From Planctomycetota bacterium (GTDB lineage: Bacteria > Planctomycetota > UBA1135 > UBA2386), in NCBI GenBank assembly GCA_046290465.1, contig JBKAGP010000001.1, positions 768,001-832,000 on the forward strand: a stretch of DNA of 64,000 nucleotides, in the 5' to 3' direction. The position numbers and the translations under genes are program-made. Positions 48,980-59,206 of the stretch are shown piece after piece. Position 1 is the stretch's first letter. Each line of letters begins with the position of its first letter. The notes beneath the pieces are model-generated. The model was not told the DNA's origin and ran no database searches. It saw only the letters and a list, made by a program, of their open reading frames with translations.

Positions 48980-51610
48980 GTGCAGAGTCTGCGACCCTCG
49001 TCCGCCTTCCTGGTCCTCGCCGCGACCGCGGCGACCTCTTCGCTCGCCCACGCCCAGTGGGTCACCTACAGCAACGAAACCGCGACGCGCGTGTCCGCTG
49101 CGCCGGGCCTGGTCGTCAGCGACCAGGAGGAGAAGGACTACGCCTGGGCGGACCTCGACCACGACGGCGACACCGACCTGGTGGTCGCCCGCAAGGAGCC
49201 GTTCACGTCGAGCGGCCACTTCCCCAACGTGCTGCTGATGAACGAAGGCGGCGTGCTGACGGACCGTTCGGGGACGTTGACGACGTCGACCGTGCCCGGC
49301 AGCTCCGGCTTCCTCGACGCCACCAACGACCGCGACGTCGTGATCGCCGACATCAACGGCGACGGCTGGGAGGACGTGATCTTCGCGACCACGCTGACGG
49401 CCAACATGCCGCAGTACATCCGCGCCAACCGGGTCTACCTCAACCTCGGCGAACAGAACGGCGTCTGGCAGGGCCTGCTCTACGACGACCCGGCGCGCAT
49501 CGACGACACCCCGTGGAACGGCGAGCACCGCTTCTGTTCGGTCGCGGCCGGCGATGTCGACGGCGATGGCGACATCGACCTCTACTTCGGCGACTACCAG
49601 CAGGGCGGCACCCGGTCGATGGACATCGACGACCGCCTGCTGATCAACGACGGCACCGGCTACTTCACCGACGAGTCGGCCGCCCGGATGAGCACGACGA
49701 TGCTCGAGTCGTCGTTCGGCATGAAGGTCGCGATCGTCGACATGAACAACGACGGCAAGCTCGACATCATGAAGGACGACGCGCTGAACGCGCCGCAGGC
49801 GGTGTCGATCAGCTACAACGACACCGCGACCGAGGGCGTCTTCGGCAGCTACGACCTGCCCTACGGCAACGCGCCCTACCACTTCAACGTCGGCGACCTC
49901 AACAACGACGGCTGGACCGACTTCATCGTCAGCGACGACGGCCAGGACCAGTACATGCTCAACCAGGGCCCGATCACCCAGGGGGGCCCGACCACGTTCG
50001 CGCCGAGCATCGCGTTCAGCTACACCGGCGGCGGTGGCGACGACGGCTTCGGCGGCAACAACCTGATCGCCGACCTCGACGGCGACGGCTGGCAGGACGC
50101 AGTCGTCGCCGACGCCGACGTCGACATCCCCGGCTGCAACCGGCGCTGCCACATCTTCCGCAACCTCGGCAACGCGCCGAACGTCACGCTGCAGGAACAG
50201 ATCGTCAACGGCCAGGTCGTCGGCGGCATCACTCCGGCGGCGCTGCAGGGCACCTTCGACGTGGCGGTGTTCGACATCAACGGCGACGGCGCGATGGACC
50301 TGGTGGTCGGTCGCTGCACCGGCACCGAGATCTACATCAACGACCCGCCGACCTCGATCTCGTTCAGCTTCGTCGGCGGCCAGCCGGCGATGGTCGCCCC
50401 CGGCGTGCCGACCGACATCACCGTCGACGTGGTCGGCCTCGGCGTGCAGCCGGTGTCGGGCACCGGCGTACTCCACTACGCCATCGGGGCCGCGCCGTTC
50501 CAGTCGGTCGCGATGACCGACAACGGCGCCGGCCAGTACACCGGCACCCTGCCGCTGCTCAACTGCACCGAGACGGTGCGGTACTACGTCAGCGTGCAGG
50601 CGACCGACAGCCAGACCTACAGCGATCCCCCGTCGGCGCCGTCGGGCTACTACGAGGCGCTGTCCGCCTACGGCACCGGCACGCTCTACCAGAACGACTT
50701 CGAGGCCAACGCCACCGGCTGGACGGTGGTCAACGACCCGGCGCTGATCAACGGTGCCTGGGAGCGTGTCGATCCCAACGGCACGGTCTACAACGGCCAG
50801 CTGGCGGCGCCGTTCGGCGACGCGCAGTCGGGTGCGGCCGACCAGTGCTTCGTCACCAAGCAGGGCGCGCTGGTCGAGCCCGCCGGCCTCAACGACGTCG
50901 ACGGCGGCCCGACCGACCTGATCTCGCCGGTGCTCGACTACGCCAACAGCGACGGCAACATCTCGTTCCAGGCGTGGCTCTACTCGTCGGTCAACGGCAG
51001 CGACCCGCTGCAGGTCGACGTCACCAACGACGGCAGCAGCTGGGTCGCGGTGATGCAGATCCAGCCCGAGTACGGCACGCCCGACGCGACCAACCAGTGG
51101 ACGCAGTACTCGTTCAAGCTCAGCGACTACGTGACGCCGACGGCGACCGTGCAGGTGCGCTTCCGGATCGCCGACCTGTTCGCCGGCCAGGTGGTCGAAG
51201 CGGCCATCGACGTGTTCCGCGCCGGCCTGATCGACTGCCGCTACTGCCAGCCCGACTTCGCGCTGCAGACCAGCGGCCCGGCGACGCTGTCGATGTGCGG
51301 CGACGTGCTGTCGGCGGCGACGCCCGACACGACGCTCGAGATCGAGAGCCTGCCGGCCGGCACCAACGGCCTGTTGATCTTCGACGCGATCCCCAACCCG
51401 TCGCCGTGGAACGGCGGGGAGCTGATCTCGCCGGCGCCGCTGGTGCTCAGCCAGTTCTTCGCCAACGGCAACGGCGGCTTCGCCGTGCCGCTGGCGATCG
51501 GTGGCCTGCTGCCGCCGGGCTTCGCGCTCTACGTGCAGGCGGTCTACAGCGACGCGTCGCTGCCCGGCGGCGCCGGCGTGACCAACGCGCTGCGCGTCGA
51601 CTGGAACTGA
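48980..51610 (+). CDS. Secreted FG-GAP repeat protein with Ig-like and jelly-roll domains and shared C-terminal domain
   Basis: GTG start after GAAGGAG; repeated DxDxDGxxD motifs; DVDGGPT.LISP..D jelly-roll. Confidence 0.85.
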   Translation: MQSLRPSSAFLVLAATAATSSLAHAQWVTYSNETATRVSAAPGLVVSDQEEKDYAWADLDHDGDTDLVVARKEPFTSSGHFPNVLLMNEGGVLTDRSGTLTTSTVPGSSGFLDATNDRDVVIADINGDGWEDVIFATTLTANMPQYIRANRVYLNLGEQNGVWQGLLYDDPARIDDTPWNGEHRFCSVAAGDVDGDGDIDLYFGDYQQGGTRSMDIDDRLLINDGTGYFTDESAARMSTTMLESSFGMKVAIVDMNNDGKLDIMKDDALNAPQAVSISYNDTATEGVFGSYDLPYGNAPYHFNVGDLNNDGWTDFIVSDDGQDQYMLNQGPITQGGPTTFAPSIAFSYTGGGGDDGFGGNNLIADLDGDGWQDAVVADADVDIPGCNRRCHIFRNLGNAPNVTLQEQIVNGQVVGGITPAALQGTFDVAVFDINGDGAMDLVVGRCTGTEIYINDPPTSISFSFVGGQPAMVAPGVPTDITVDVVGLGVQPVSGTGVLHYAIGAAPFQSVAMTDNGAGQYTGTLPLLNCTETVRYYVSVQATDSQTYSDPPSAPSGYYEALSAYGTGTLYQNDFEANATGWTVVNDPALINGAWERVDPNGTVYNGQLAAPFGDAQSGAADQCFVTKQGALVEPAGLNDVDGGPTDLISPVLDYANSDGNISFQAWLYSSVNGSDPLQVDVTNDGSSWVAVMQIQPEYGTPDATNQWTQYSFKLSDYVTPTATVQVRFRIADLFAGQVVEAAIDVFRAGLIDCRYCQPDFALQTSGPATLSMCGDVLSAATPDTTLEIESLPAGTNGLLIFDAIPNPSPWNGGELISPAPLVLSQFFANGNGGFAVPLAIGGLLPPGFALYVQAVYSDASLPGGAGVTNALRVDWN

Positions 51611-51619
51611 TCCGGGCGG

Positions 51620-51648
51620 CGGTCCCGGCCGCACCCCGGCCGGGACCG
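51620..51648 (+). terminator. GC hairpin after the FG-GAP gene (no U-tract)
   Basis: CGGTCCCGGCCG-CACCC-CGGCCGGGACCG. Confidence 0.45.
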
Positions 51649-51722
51649 GAACGTCACACGCGCCCGCTGGGACGAGCCCGGCGAGGCCGTAGACTCCAGC
51701 GTCCATCGCAACCCTGGAGTCC

Positions 51723-53723
51723 GTGATCTTGGTCCCCCACATCCGTTCCGCATCCGCGCTGGCCTTCGTGCTGGCCGCGGCTCCCGCGCTGCTCGCCCAG
51801 AACGAGAAGCCCGCTGCCGGTGGCAGCATCCGTGTGACCCCCGCCGAGCTGACGCTGCCGATCGGGCAGAGCAAGCAGCTCGAAGCCGAGATCCTCGACC
51901 CGGGCGGGCGCCCGGTCGACGGGCGACTGCTGTTCTTCAGCCGCGCGCGCCGGGCGTTGCGCTGCAGCCGCGACGGCGAGTTGACCGCGGTCGCCGCCGG
52001 CAGCCACGAGGTCGTCGTGCGCGCCATGTTCGGCGCGCAGCGCGGCCCGGAGACCACCGTGGTGGTCACCGTGCCGCACCCGACCCCGGCGGCGATCACC
52101 CTCGAGGGTGCGCCGAAGCGCCTCTACACCGGCACCACGGTGCGGGTCACCGGCGCGGTCGTCGACAAGGACGGCGTCGCGCGCAAGGACCTCGACGTCG
52201 CGTTCGCGACCACCGACCTCGAACGGCTCGCCGTCGACGCGTTCGGCTTCGTGCGCGCCTTGGCCCCGGGCAAGGCCGAGCTCAGCGTCTCGGGCGGCGG
52301 CCTCGAGAAGGAGCACGCGTTCGAGATCGTCGCCAACCCGGTGCGCGGCGTCGAACTGCTCAGCTCGCACCAGCGCGCTCGCACCGGGGACGTGGTGACG
52401 TTCGACGTGCGCCTGCAGGACAGCGACGGCCAGCCGATAGCCGACGTGCCGGTCGAGTACACGTTCCGCGCCATGCCGGACGACACGCTCGGCAACGCCG
52501 CCACCGGCCAGATCCAGGCGGACGGCCGCTTCGTCGCCGAGAAGCCCGGTCTCTACACGATCATCGCGACCTGCGGGGCCGCCAGCGACCAGTTCACGCT
52601 GCGCTGCGACGAACGCTTCGAAAAGAAGCGCAAGCTGGTCAAGGTCGGCCACGGCCCGGTGCTCGACGTGCACACGTCGGACCTGTGGGTCTGGGAGGGC
52701 GCGGACGGCCGCGACTACTGCGTGACCGGCACCTGGGGCGCCAACGGCGACGCGATCTTCTGGGACGTCACCGACCCGGCGCGGATCGAACGCATCGCGA
52801 CCGTGACCGTCGATGCGCGCACCGTCAACGACGTCAAGGTCAGCGCCGACGGCCGGCTGTGCATCATCAGCCGCGAGGGCGCCAGCAACCGCAAGAACGG
52901 CATCGTCGCGTTCGACGTCACCGACCCGCGCAAGCCCGAACGGATCAGCGAGTTCGACGACGAGCTGACCGGCGGCGTGCACAACCTGTTCATCCACGAG
53001 AACTACGCCTACGCGCTCAGCGCCGGCCGCCGCTACGACATCCTCGACATCAAGAACCCGCGCGCCCCGACCCGCGTCGGCAGCTACCAGGTGTTCGAGC
53101 CGGGTGCGTCGATCCACGACGTCTGGGTCGTGGACGGCATCGCCTACTCGTCCAACTGGCGCTACGGCCTGCACCTCGTCGACGTCGGCAACGGCATCAA
53201 GGGCGGCTCGCCGTCCAACCCGGTCAAGATCGGCAACTACGCCTACCCGAGCGGCTGGAACCACGCGGCGTTCCCGTGGCGCAGTGAGGACACCAACAAG
53301 TTCTACGTGATCGCCGGCGACGAGGCGTTCCCGTACGGCCTGTCGGTCAAGGACAACCCCACCTACCCGCGCGGCTGGATCCACTTCGTCGACTTCAGCA
53401 ACCTCGACGCGCCGCAGGAGGTCGCCCGCTACGAAGTGCCCGAGGCCGGCACGCACAACCTGTGGGTCGAGGGCAACACGATGTACGTCGCCTACTACAA
53501 CGGCGGCCTGCGCGTGGTCGACATCTCCGGCGACCTGATGGGCGACCTGTATCGTCAGGGCCGCGAGATCGCCTGGTTCCTGCCGACGCACCCGAAGGGC
53601 GTCGTGCCGAACGCGCCGATGGTCTGGGGCCCACAGCCCTACAAGGGCCACATCTTCTTCAGCGACTGGAACAGCGGCCTGTGGGCCGTCAAGCTGGTCG
53701 AGGACCGGGGACGCCGCCGATGA
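51723..53723 (+). CDS. Secreted Ig-like + LVIVD-repeat beta-propeller protein
   Basis: N-terminal Big2-like domains; FWDVTDP, FDVTDP, YNGGLRVVDIS, SDWNSGLW. Confidence 0.82.
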   Translation: MILVPHIRSASALAFVLAAAPALLAQNEKPAAGGSIRVTPAELTLPIGQSKQLEAEILDPGGRPVDGRLLFFSRARRALRCSRDGELTAVAAGSHEVVVRAMFGAQRGPETTVVVTVPHPTPAAITLEGAPKRLYTGTTVRVTGAVVDKDGVARKDLDVAFATTDLERLAVDAFGFVRALAPGKAELSVSGGGLEKEHAFEIVANPVRGVELLSSHQRARTGDVVTFDVRLQDSDGQPIADVPVEYTFRAMPDDTLGNAATGQIQADGRFVAEKPGLYTIIATCGAASDQFTLRCDERFEKKRKLVKVGHGPVLDVHTSDLWVWEGADGRDYCVTGTWGANGDAIFWDVTDPARIERIATVTVDARTVNDVKVSADGRLCIISREGASNRKNGIVAFDVTDPRKPERISEFDDELTGGVHNLFIHENYAYALSAGRRYDILDIKNPRAPTRVGSYQVFEPGASIHDVWVVDGIAYSSNWRYGLHLVDVGNGIKGGSPSNPVKIGNYAYPSGWNHAAFPWRSEDTNKFYVIAGDEAFPYGLSVKDNPTYPRGWIHFVDFSNLDAPQEVARYEVPEAGTHNLWVEGNTMYVAYYNGGLRVVDISGDLMGDLYRQGREIAWFLPTHPKGVVPNAPMVWGPQPYKGHIFFSDWNSGLWAVKLVEDRGRRR

Positions 53724-54841
53724 TGCGGACCGCGGTGCTGCTGCTCGGCCTCGCGCACGGCCTCGCCGCGCAGGCTCCGTACACCGCCTACGTGGCGTGC
53801 GAGTCGTCGGACGAGGTCTACGTGGTCGACTTCGACGGCAAGGCCGCCAGTACGCGCGCCGTCGTCGAGGTCGGCTACCAGGCCACCGAGATCGAGGGCC
53901 CGCACGGGCTGACGGTCGGGCCGAACGGGGACTACTGGTACTGCTCGATCGCGCACGGCAAGCCGTTCGGCCTGCTCTACAAGTACCGCGTCGACAGCAA
54001 CGAGCTGGTCGGCGAGTGCGAACTCGGCATGTTCCCGGCGACGATGCAGATCAGCCCGCTGACCGGGCTGCTCTACGTCGTCAACTTCAACCTGCACGGC
54101 CGCATGCTGCCGAGCACGGTGTCGATCGTCGACCCCGACGCGATGGTCGAGGTCGGCCGCACCGTCACCGGCGCAATGCCGCACGGCTCGCGGCTGACCC
54201 GGAAGGGCGACCGCCACTACTCGTGCGCGATGATGTCGGGCGAACTGTACGAGATCGATGCGACCACGTTCGACGTGACCCGCAACATGCAGCTCGACGT
54301 CAACCTGCCGGAGAACCACGCGTCCGAGGCCAAGCCGACCTGGGTGTCGCCACACCCGACGGCCCCGCGGATCTACGCGGCGCTCAACGGCAAGGCGACG
54401 ATCGTCGAGGTCGACACCGACAAGTGGCTGGTGACGCGTCGGTTCGCGACCGGCAAGGGCCCCTACAACCTCGACCTGACGCCGGACGGCAAGCTGCTGG
54501 TCGCGACCTACAAGACCGACGGCGCGATCGGGATCTGGGACCTCCAGACCGGCAAGGAACGCGCCCGCATCGCCTCGTCGCGCAAGGTCACCCACGGCGT
54601 CGCGATCAGCCGCGACGGCCGCTACGCGTTCGTGACCTCGGAGTCGAAGAACGCCGACCCGGGCGTGCTCGACGTCGTCGACCTGGGACAGGACAGGATC
54701 GTGGCGACGGTCGTCGTCGGCCTGCAGGCCGGCGGGATCGCGCTGCTCGAGCCGAGCGCCGCCAGCACGAGGCAATCCCAGGACGGCAAACAGCAGCCCG
54801 GCAAGCAGAGGGCCGGCAAGCAGAAGGCCGGCAAGAACTGA
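53720..54841 (+). CDS. Secreted YncE/YVTN-type beta-propeller protein
   Basis: ATGA-coupled to the LVIVD gene; GPHGL, MPHGS, GKGPYN, THGVA blades; basic GKQ-repeat tail. Confidence 0.82.
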   Translation: MMRTAVLLLGLAHGLAAQAPYTAYVACESSDEVYVVDFDGKAASTRAVVEVGYQATEIEGPHGLTVGPNGDYWYCSIAHGKPFGLLYKYRVDSNELVGECELGMFPATMQISPLTGLLYVVNFNLHGRMLPSTVSIVDPDAMVEVGRTVTGAMPHGSRLTRKGDRHYSCAMMSGELYEIDATTFDVTRNMQLDVNLPENHASEAKPTWVSPHPTAPRIYAALNGKATIVEVDTDKWLVTRRFATGKGPYNLDLTPDGKLLVATYKTDGAIGIWDLQTGKERARIASSRKVTHGVAISRDGRYAFVTSESKNADPGVLDVVDLGQDRIVATVVVGLQAGGIALLEPSAASTRQSQDGKQQPGKQRAGKQKAGKN

Positions 54842-54898
54842 CCGAACCTTCACGGTAAGCCCCGCACGGGTCCGATGCCGCTCGGGACGCTGCGGTGC

Positions 54899-57800
54899 AT
54901 GATGCAACGGTTGCCTCGCCTGTTCCTGCTGCTGGCCCTGCTGGTGCCGGCCTTCTGCGGTCTCTTGCGCGCGCAGCTGCCGACGCACGGCCAGATGGTC
55001 GGCGAGGTCACCGCGACCGGCGCCGTCTACTGGACGCGCGCGTCGATCCCGGCGCTGGTCAGCGTGCAGTATTCGACCGATCCGACGCTGGCCAACTTCG
55101 CCGAGACCCCGCAGCAGGCCGCGCTGGTGTCGCGCGACCTGACCGTGCGGATCGAGCTGTCGGGCCTGCAGCCCGCGACGCGCTACTACTACCGCGCCCG
55201 CCTGACCAACCAGCCCGGACCGCTCGGCAACTTCGGGGTCGTCGGCACGTTCCGCACCGCGCCGCAGAGCGGCCAGGACCTGCCGGTGTCGATCGCGTTC
55301 TCTGGCGACGCCAACGACCTGGGCCAGTTCGGCGTGTTCCCGACGATCCTCGCCGACGCACCGGACCTGTTCCTCAACCTCGGCGACTTCCCGTACTGCG
55401 ACGGCGCGACCACGCTCGCCGACTACTGGGCCGAGCACCGCGCGATCCGCGACTCGGCGGCGCTGCACATGCTGTGCGACCAGGTCCCGTGGGTCGCGAT
55501 CTGGGACGACCACGAGGTCGTCAACAACTGGGACGCCCAGACCAGCACGACGCTGGTCGGCAACGGCACGCAGGCCTTCCGCGACTGGTTCCCGCTGCCG
55601 GACGGCCCGCTCGAGGCCTACCGTCGGTTGCGCCACGGCGCCGGCGTCGAACTGTTCGTGCTCGACACGCGCCGCTACCGCGACCTCAACAACGCCCTGC
55701 CGGCGCCGCAGAAGACACTGCTCGGCGCGACCCAGCGCGCCTGGCTCGAACAGGCCCTGCTGCAGTCGACGGCGAAGTGGAAGGTGGTCGCGACCTCGGT
55801 GCCGACCTTCTACGGCGGCACCGATTCGTGGGACGGCTACGTGCACGAACGGGAGTCGCTGCTGCAGTTCCTCGTCGACCACGACCTGCACAACGTCGTG
55901 TTCGTCGCCGCCGACCAGCACATCGCAGCGATCCGCGAGCTGCGCTCCGGCCTGCTCGAGGTCCAGGCGGGGCCGCTGGCGCAGTTCGTCGGCAGCAACA
56001 CCCACCGCCGCGAACCCGAACAACGCTGGCATGGCACCGTGCGCAACTTCGGCGTGATCGACTACGACCCGTCGACGACGCCGAGCACGCTGCGCATCCG
56101 CTTCCACGACGCCAGCGGCGCGATCCTGCGCGAACACGTCGCCACCGAGATCGTCGCGCCGGCGCGCCTGGCGGTGCACAGCGACGTGCCCGAGGCCGGC
56201 TTCGTGCTCGCCGACGGCCCGCACCTGGTGCGCGACGACGGCACCCGCGCAACCCGCGAACGGCTGCATCCCGGCAGCTACCACCTGCACGCCCGCGACC
56301 TCGCCCACGGCGACACGCCCGCGAGCTTCGAAATCGACGTGCCGCAGGGTGCCGACGTGCGGATCGCGACTTCGTACGAGGACCTGCCGGGCCCCCACCC
56401 GGTGCTGTTCGAGGAGCACTTCGACCAGCCGTTCGGCGCGCCCTGGGGCTGGACCCTGGTCGACCTGGGCACGTCGGGCCCGTCGGCGTGGCTGGTCGTC
56501 GACCGCCAGCTGAGCCAGCGCAGCAACATCGGCGGCAGTGCGCCCGCCTACGCCGGCAGCCTGGCGATCGCCGGCCAGGCGACGTGGACCGACGTCACGC
56601 TGCAGGCGCGCTTCTACTCGCGCGACAACGACTCGTGCGGCGTCGTGTTCCGCTACCGCGGTCCCGGCGACTACTACCGGGCGCGTTTCGACGCCGAGCG
56701 GCAGGTGACGCAGCTGACCCGGTTCGTCTCCGGCCAACCGACGGTGCTCGCCGAGCGCAGCAACGAACCCGGCTACGCACAGACGTTCTGGCACGACGTC
56801 ACCGTCACGGCGATCGCGGATCGCCTGCGCGTCTGGCGCAACGGCGAACTGCTGTTCGACGTCGTCGACGCAACGCACCCGGACGGCCGGATCGGCCTCT
56901 ACACGTGGGCCGATCAGCTGGTGTCGTTCGACGACGTCGTCGTGCGCGCCGGCGACGCGACCACGCGCAGCCGCCAGCAGCTGTTCGAACACGACTTCGC
57001 CAGCGGTTCGCTGGCCCCGATGACCGTCGTCGACGTCGGCACCGTCAGCGGTCCGTCGCAGTGGAGCGTGCAGAACGGCGAGGCGGTGCAGACCAGTAAC
57101 ATCGAGGACGGGGACGGCTCGCGCGCGGGGCTGCCCAAGGCCGGCACGCTGCTGCTGGCGCCGACGTTCGCGATCGACCAGGAGGTCCGCGTGCGGTTGC
57201 GCAACGACGACAACGATGCCATCGGCGTGGTGTTCCGCTACCAGGACGTGGACAACCACTACCGCTTCTCGCTCGACGCCCAGCGCCACTACCGCCGCCT
57301 GGTCAAGGTCGCGCAGGGGCAGTGGACGACGCTGTGGGAGTCCGACGACGACTATCCGCCGAGCGTCTGGCACCAGGTCTCGGTGGCGGCGCGCGGCGAC
57401 ACGCTGCGGGTCGGCTTCGACGGCCTGACGCTGTGCGAGGTCGAGGACGGCAGCCTGTCGATCGGCCGCGCCGGCGTCTACTGCTGGGCGAGCACCGGGG
57501 CGCGCTTCGACGACTTCTTGATGCAGGTGCCGCCGGCGCCGCGAGCCGTCACCGCGGCGGTGGCGACGCCGGGCCAGGAACGGATCGAGCTGTGCGCGCC
57601 CGCGAGCGCCGGTCGTCTCTACCTGCTGGCGCTGTCGGCCGCGACCACGCCCGGCATCCCGCTGGCGACGCTGCAGCCCGGCGACCTGCGCACGTGGCGG
57701 CTCAACGACGACCCGTTCTTCCAGTTCAGCCTGCAGCCGAGCTCGATCCTGGCCGGCTTCCAGGGCACGCTCGGCGCGGACGGCCGTGCGACCGCGGTGC

Positions 57801-57931
57801 TGACCTGGCCGCCGGTCGCCTCGCAGCTGCTCGGCGGCGGCACGTTGTTCTGCGGCGGCATCACCTACGATCCCAACCAGGGCACCTGGGGCGAGCTGTT
57901 CCCGACGCTGCCGTTGACGATCCCGCGCTGA
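54899..57931 (+). CDS. PhoD-type alkaline phosphatase fused to two ConA/DUF1080-like domains and a C-terminal domain
   Basis: GLQPATRYYY, LGDFPYCD, WDDHEVVNNW, LDTRRYR, LLGATQRAWL, DSWDGY, ADQH; two D.D..GVVFRY....YR domains. Confidence 0.85.
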   Translation: MMQRLPRLFLLLALLVPAFCGLLRAQLPTHGQMVGEVTATGAVYWTRASIPALVSVQYSTDPTLANFAETPQQAALVSRDLTVRIELSGLQPATRYYYRARLTNQPGPLGNFGVVGTFRTAPQSGQDLPVSIAFSGDANDLGQFGVFPTILADAPDLFLNLGDFPYCDGATTLADYWAEHRAIRDSAALHMLCDQVPWVAIWDDHEVVNNWDAQTSTTLVGNGTQAFRDWFPLPDGPLEAYRRLRHGAGVELFVLDTRRYRDLNNALPAPQKTLLGATQRAWLEQALLQSTAKWKVVATSVPTFYGGTDSWDGYVHERESLLQFLVDHDLHNVVFVAADQHIAAIRELRSGLLEVQAGPLAQFVGSNTHRREPEQRWHGTVRNFGVIDYDPSTTPSTLRIRFHDASGAILREHVATEIVAPARLAVHSDVPEAGFVLADGPHLVRDDGTRATRERLHPGSYHLHARDLAHGDTPASFEIDVPQGADVRIATSYEDLPGPHPVLFEEHFDQPFGAPWGWTLVDLGTSGPSAWLVVDRQLSQRSNIGGSAPAYAGSLAIAGQATWTDVTLQARFYSRDNDSCGVVFRYRGPGDYYRARFDAERQVTQLTRFVSGQPTVLAERSNEPGYAQTFWHDVTVTAIADRLRVWRNGELLFDVVDATHPDGRIGLYTWADQLVSFDDVVVRAGDATTRSRQQLFEHDFASGSLAPMTVVDVGTVSGPSQWSVQNGEAVQTSNIEDGDGSRAGLPKAGTLLLAPTFAIDQEVRVRLRNDDNDAIGVVFRYQDVDNHYRFSLDAQRHYRRLVKVAQGQWTTLWESDDDYPPSVWHQVSVAARGDTLRVGFDGLTLCEVEDGSLSIGRAGVYCWASTGARFDDFLMQVPPAPRAVTAAVATPGQERIELCAPASAGRLYLLALSAATTPGIPLATLQPGDLRTWRLNDDPFFQFSLQPSSILAGFQGTLGADGRATAVLTWPPVASQLLGGGTLFCGGITYDPNQGTWGELFPTLPLTIPR

Positions 57932-57955
57932 CCGGCGGGGTCCGGCCGCGGCGCG

Positions 57956-59206
57956 CTACTGCCAGGCTTCGAGCAGTCGCCGGCACTCGCCGAGCAGCCA
58001 GTCCGACTGCTCGAACGGCCGTTCGCTGATGTCCTGCCACAGGATCCGGCCCTTGCCGTCGACCAGGAACGTGCCGTGCAGCGCTTCGTTCTGGAACTGG
58101 TCCCAGACGCTCCACTGCCGGAACACGTCGCCCTTCGGATCGCACAGCACGTCGAAGTGCAGCGGGTCGACGCCGTTCTCCTGCGCGGCCTGCTGTGCGG
58201 CCTTGACCTGTTCGATCGAGTCGGTGCCGACCGACACCACCTCGATGCCCGCAGCGCGGAACCTGGCGGCCTTCGGGTCGAGGTCCTTCAGCTGCGCGAC
58301 ACAGTGCGCGCAGCCGAAGCCGAGGAAGAACACGACCAGCGTCGGCTTGCCGGCCTGCGGATCGAACGTCGCCTTGCCGCCGAAGCCGTCGGGCAACGTG
58401 AAGCCGGTCGCCTCGCGCGGCGCCCACAGGTCGGTGCCGACCTGCTCGAGTCCGGGCAGCGCCTGCACCGCGCGCTTCTCCCGGACGTCGGGGTGCCGCG
58501 GCAGCCGCGCCAGCTGCCGTGCGCGCTCGGCCTCGTCCGTGACGTAGCGGGCGACCAGCGCCGCGTAGCCGGGGATCTCGAACGGCATCGCGCGCCACTG
58601 CTTCAGGTAGGCGTGGTGGCGTCGCAGCACCCCCTCGACCTCGTCGTCCTTGGGCAGGTGCGTGTCGCCCAGCCGGGCGCGCTCGACCTGGATCAGATCC
58701 AGCGGCAGCACCTCCTCGTCGGGGTGCGCGCGCGCGATGTTGCGGAGGTCGCGCACGTACTGCAGGTTGCGCACCCGCGGCGGCAGCTCGGCGAACCGTT
58801 CGTCGACGATCTCCGGCTGCGCGTCGACCCCGAAGTAGCGCTGCAGCGCGTCGACCAGCGCCTGCACGCCGGCGGAGCCGTGCTGCTTGCGCAGCACCGC
58901 CTCCCAGCAGTGCCGGGCCGCGCGGTTGGGATCGTGGCGCATGCCGAGCGCCAGCAGCGCGTGCGGCAGGGGTGCCTTCTCGTCGGCGACCATCAGCTCG
59001 CGGCACAGCCGCGCCGCCTCCCAGTCCCAGCCGGCGTAGAGCCGCATCGTGATCTTCTCGACGACCTTGGCGTCGGCGGCGGCCCCCGGCGCGCGCAGGT
59101 GCGGCAGGTCGAGCCCCGGATCCTGTGCCGAGAGCGAGGCCGGCAACGACGTTGCCAGCGGCACGAGAGCGACGAGTGCGAGCAGGGGCGGCGCGATCCG
59201 GAGCAT
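57956..59206 (-). CDS. Secreted redoxin (AhpC/TSA-like) with N-terminal helical region
   Basis: LVVFFLGFGCAHCVAQL, VSVGTD, LHGTFLVDGKGRILWQ; signal peptide. Confidence 0.82.
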   Translation of the reverse strand: MLRIAPPLLALVALVPLATSLPASLSAQDPGLDLPHLRAPGAAADAKVVEKITMRLYAGWDWEAARLCRELMVADEKAPLPHALLALGMRHDPNRAARHCWEAVLRKQHGSAGVQALVDALQRYFGVDAQPEIVDERFAELPPRVRNLQYVRDLRNIARAHPDEEVLPLDLIQVERARLGDTHLPKDDEVEGVLRRHHAYLKQWRAMPFEIPGYAALVARYVTDEAERARQLARLPRHPDVREKRAVQALPGLEQVGTDLWAPREATGFTLPDGFGGKATFDPQAGKPTLVVFFLGFGCAHCVAQLKDLDPKAARFRAAGIEVVSVGTDSIEQVKAAQQAAQENGVDPLHFDVLCDPKGDVFRQWSVWDQFQNEALHGTFLVDGKGRILWQDISERPFEQSDWLLGECRRLLEAWQ

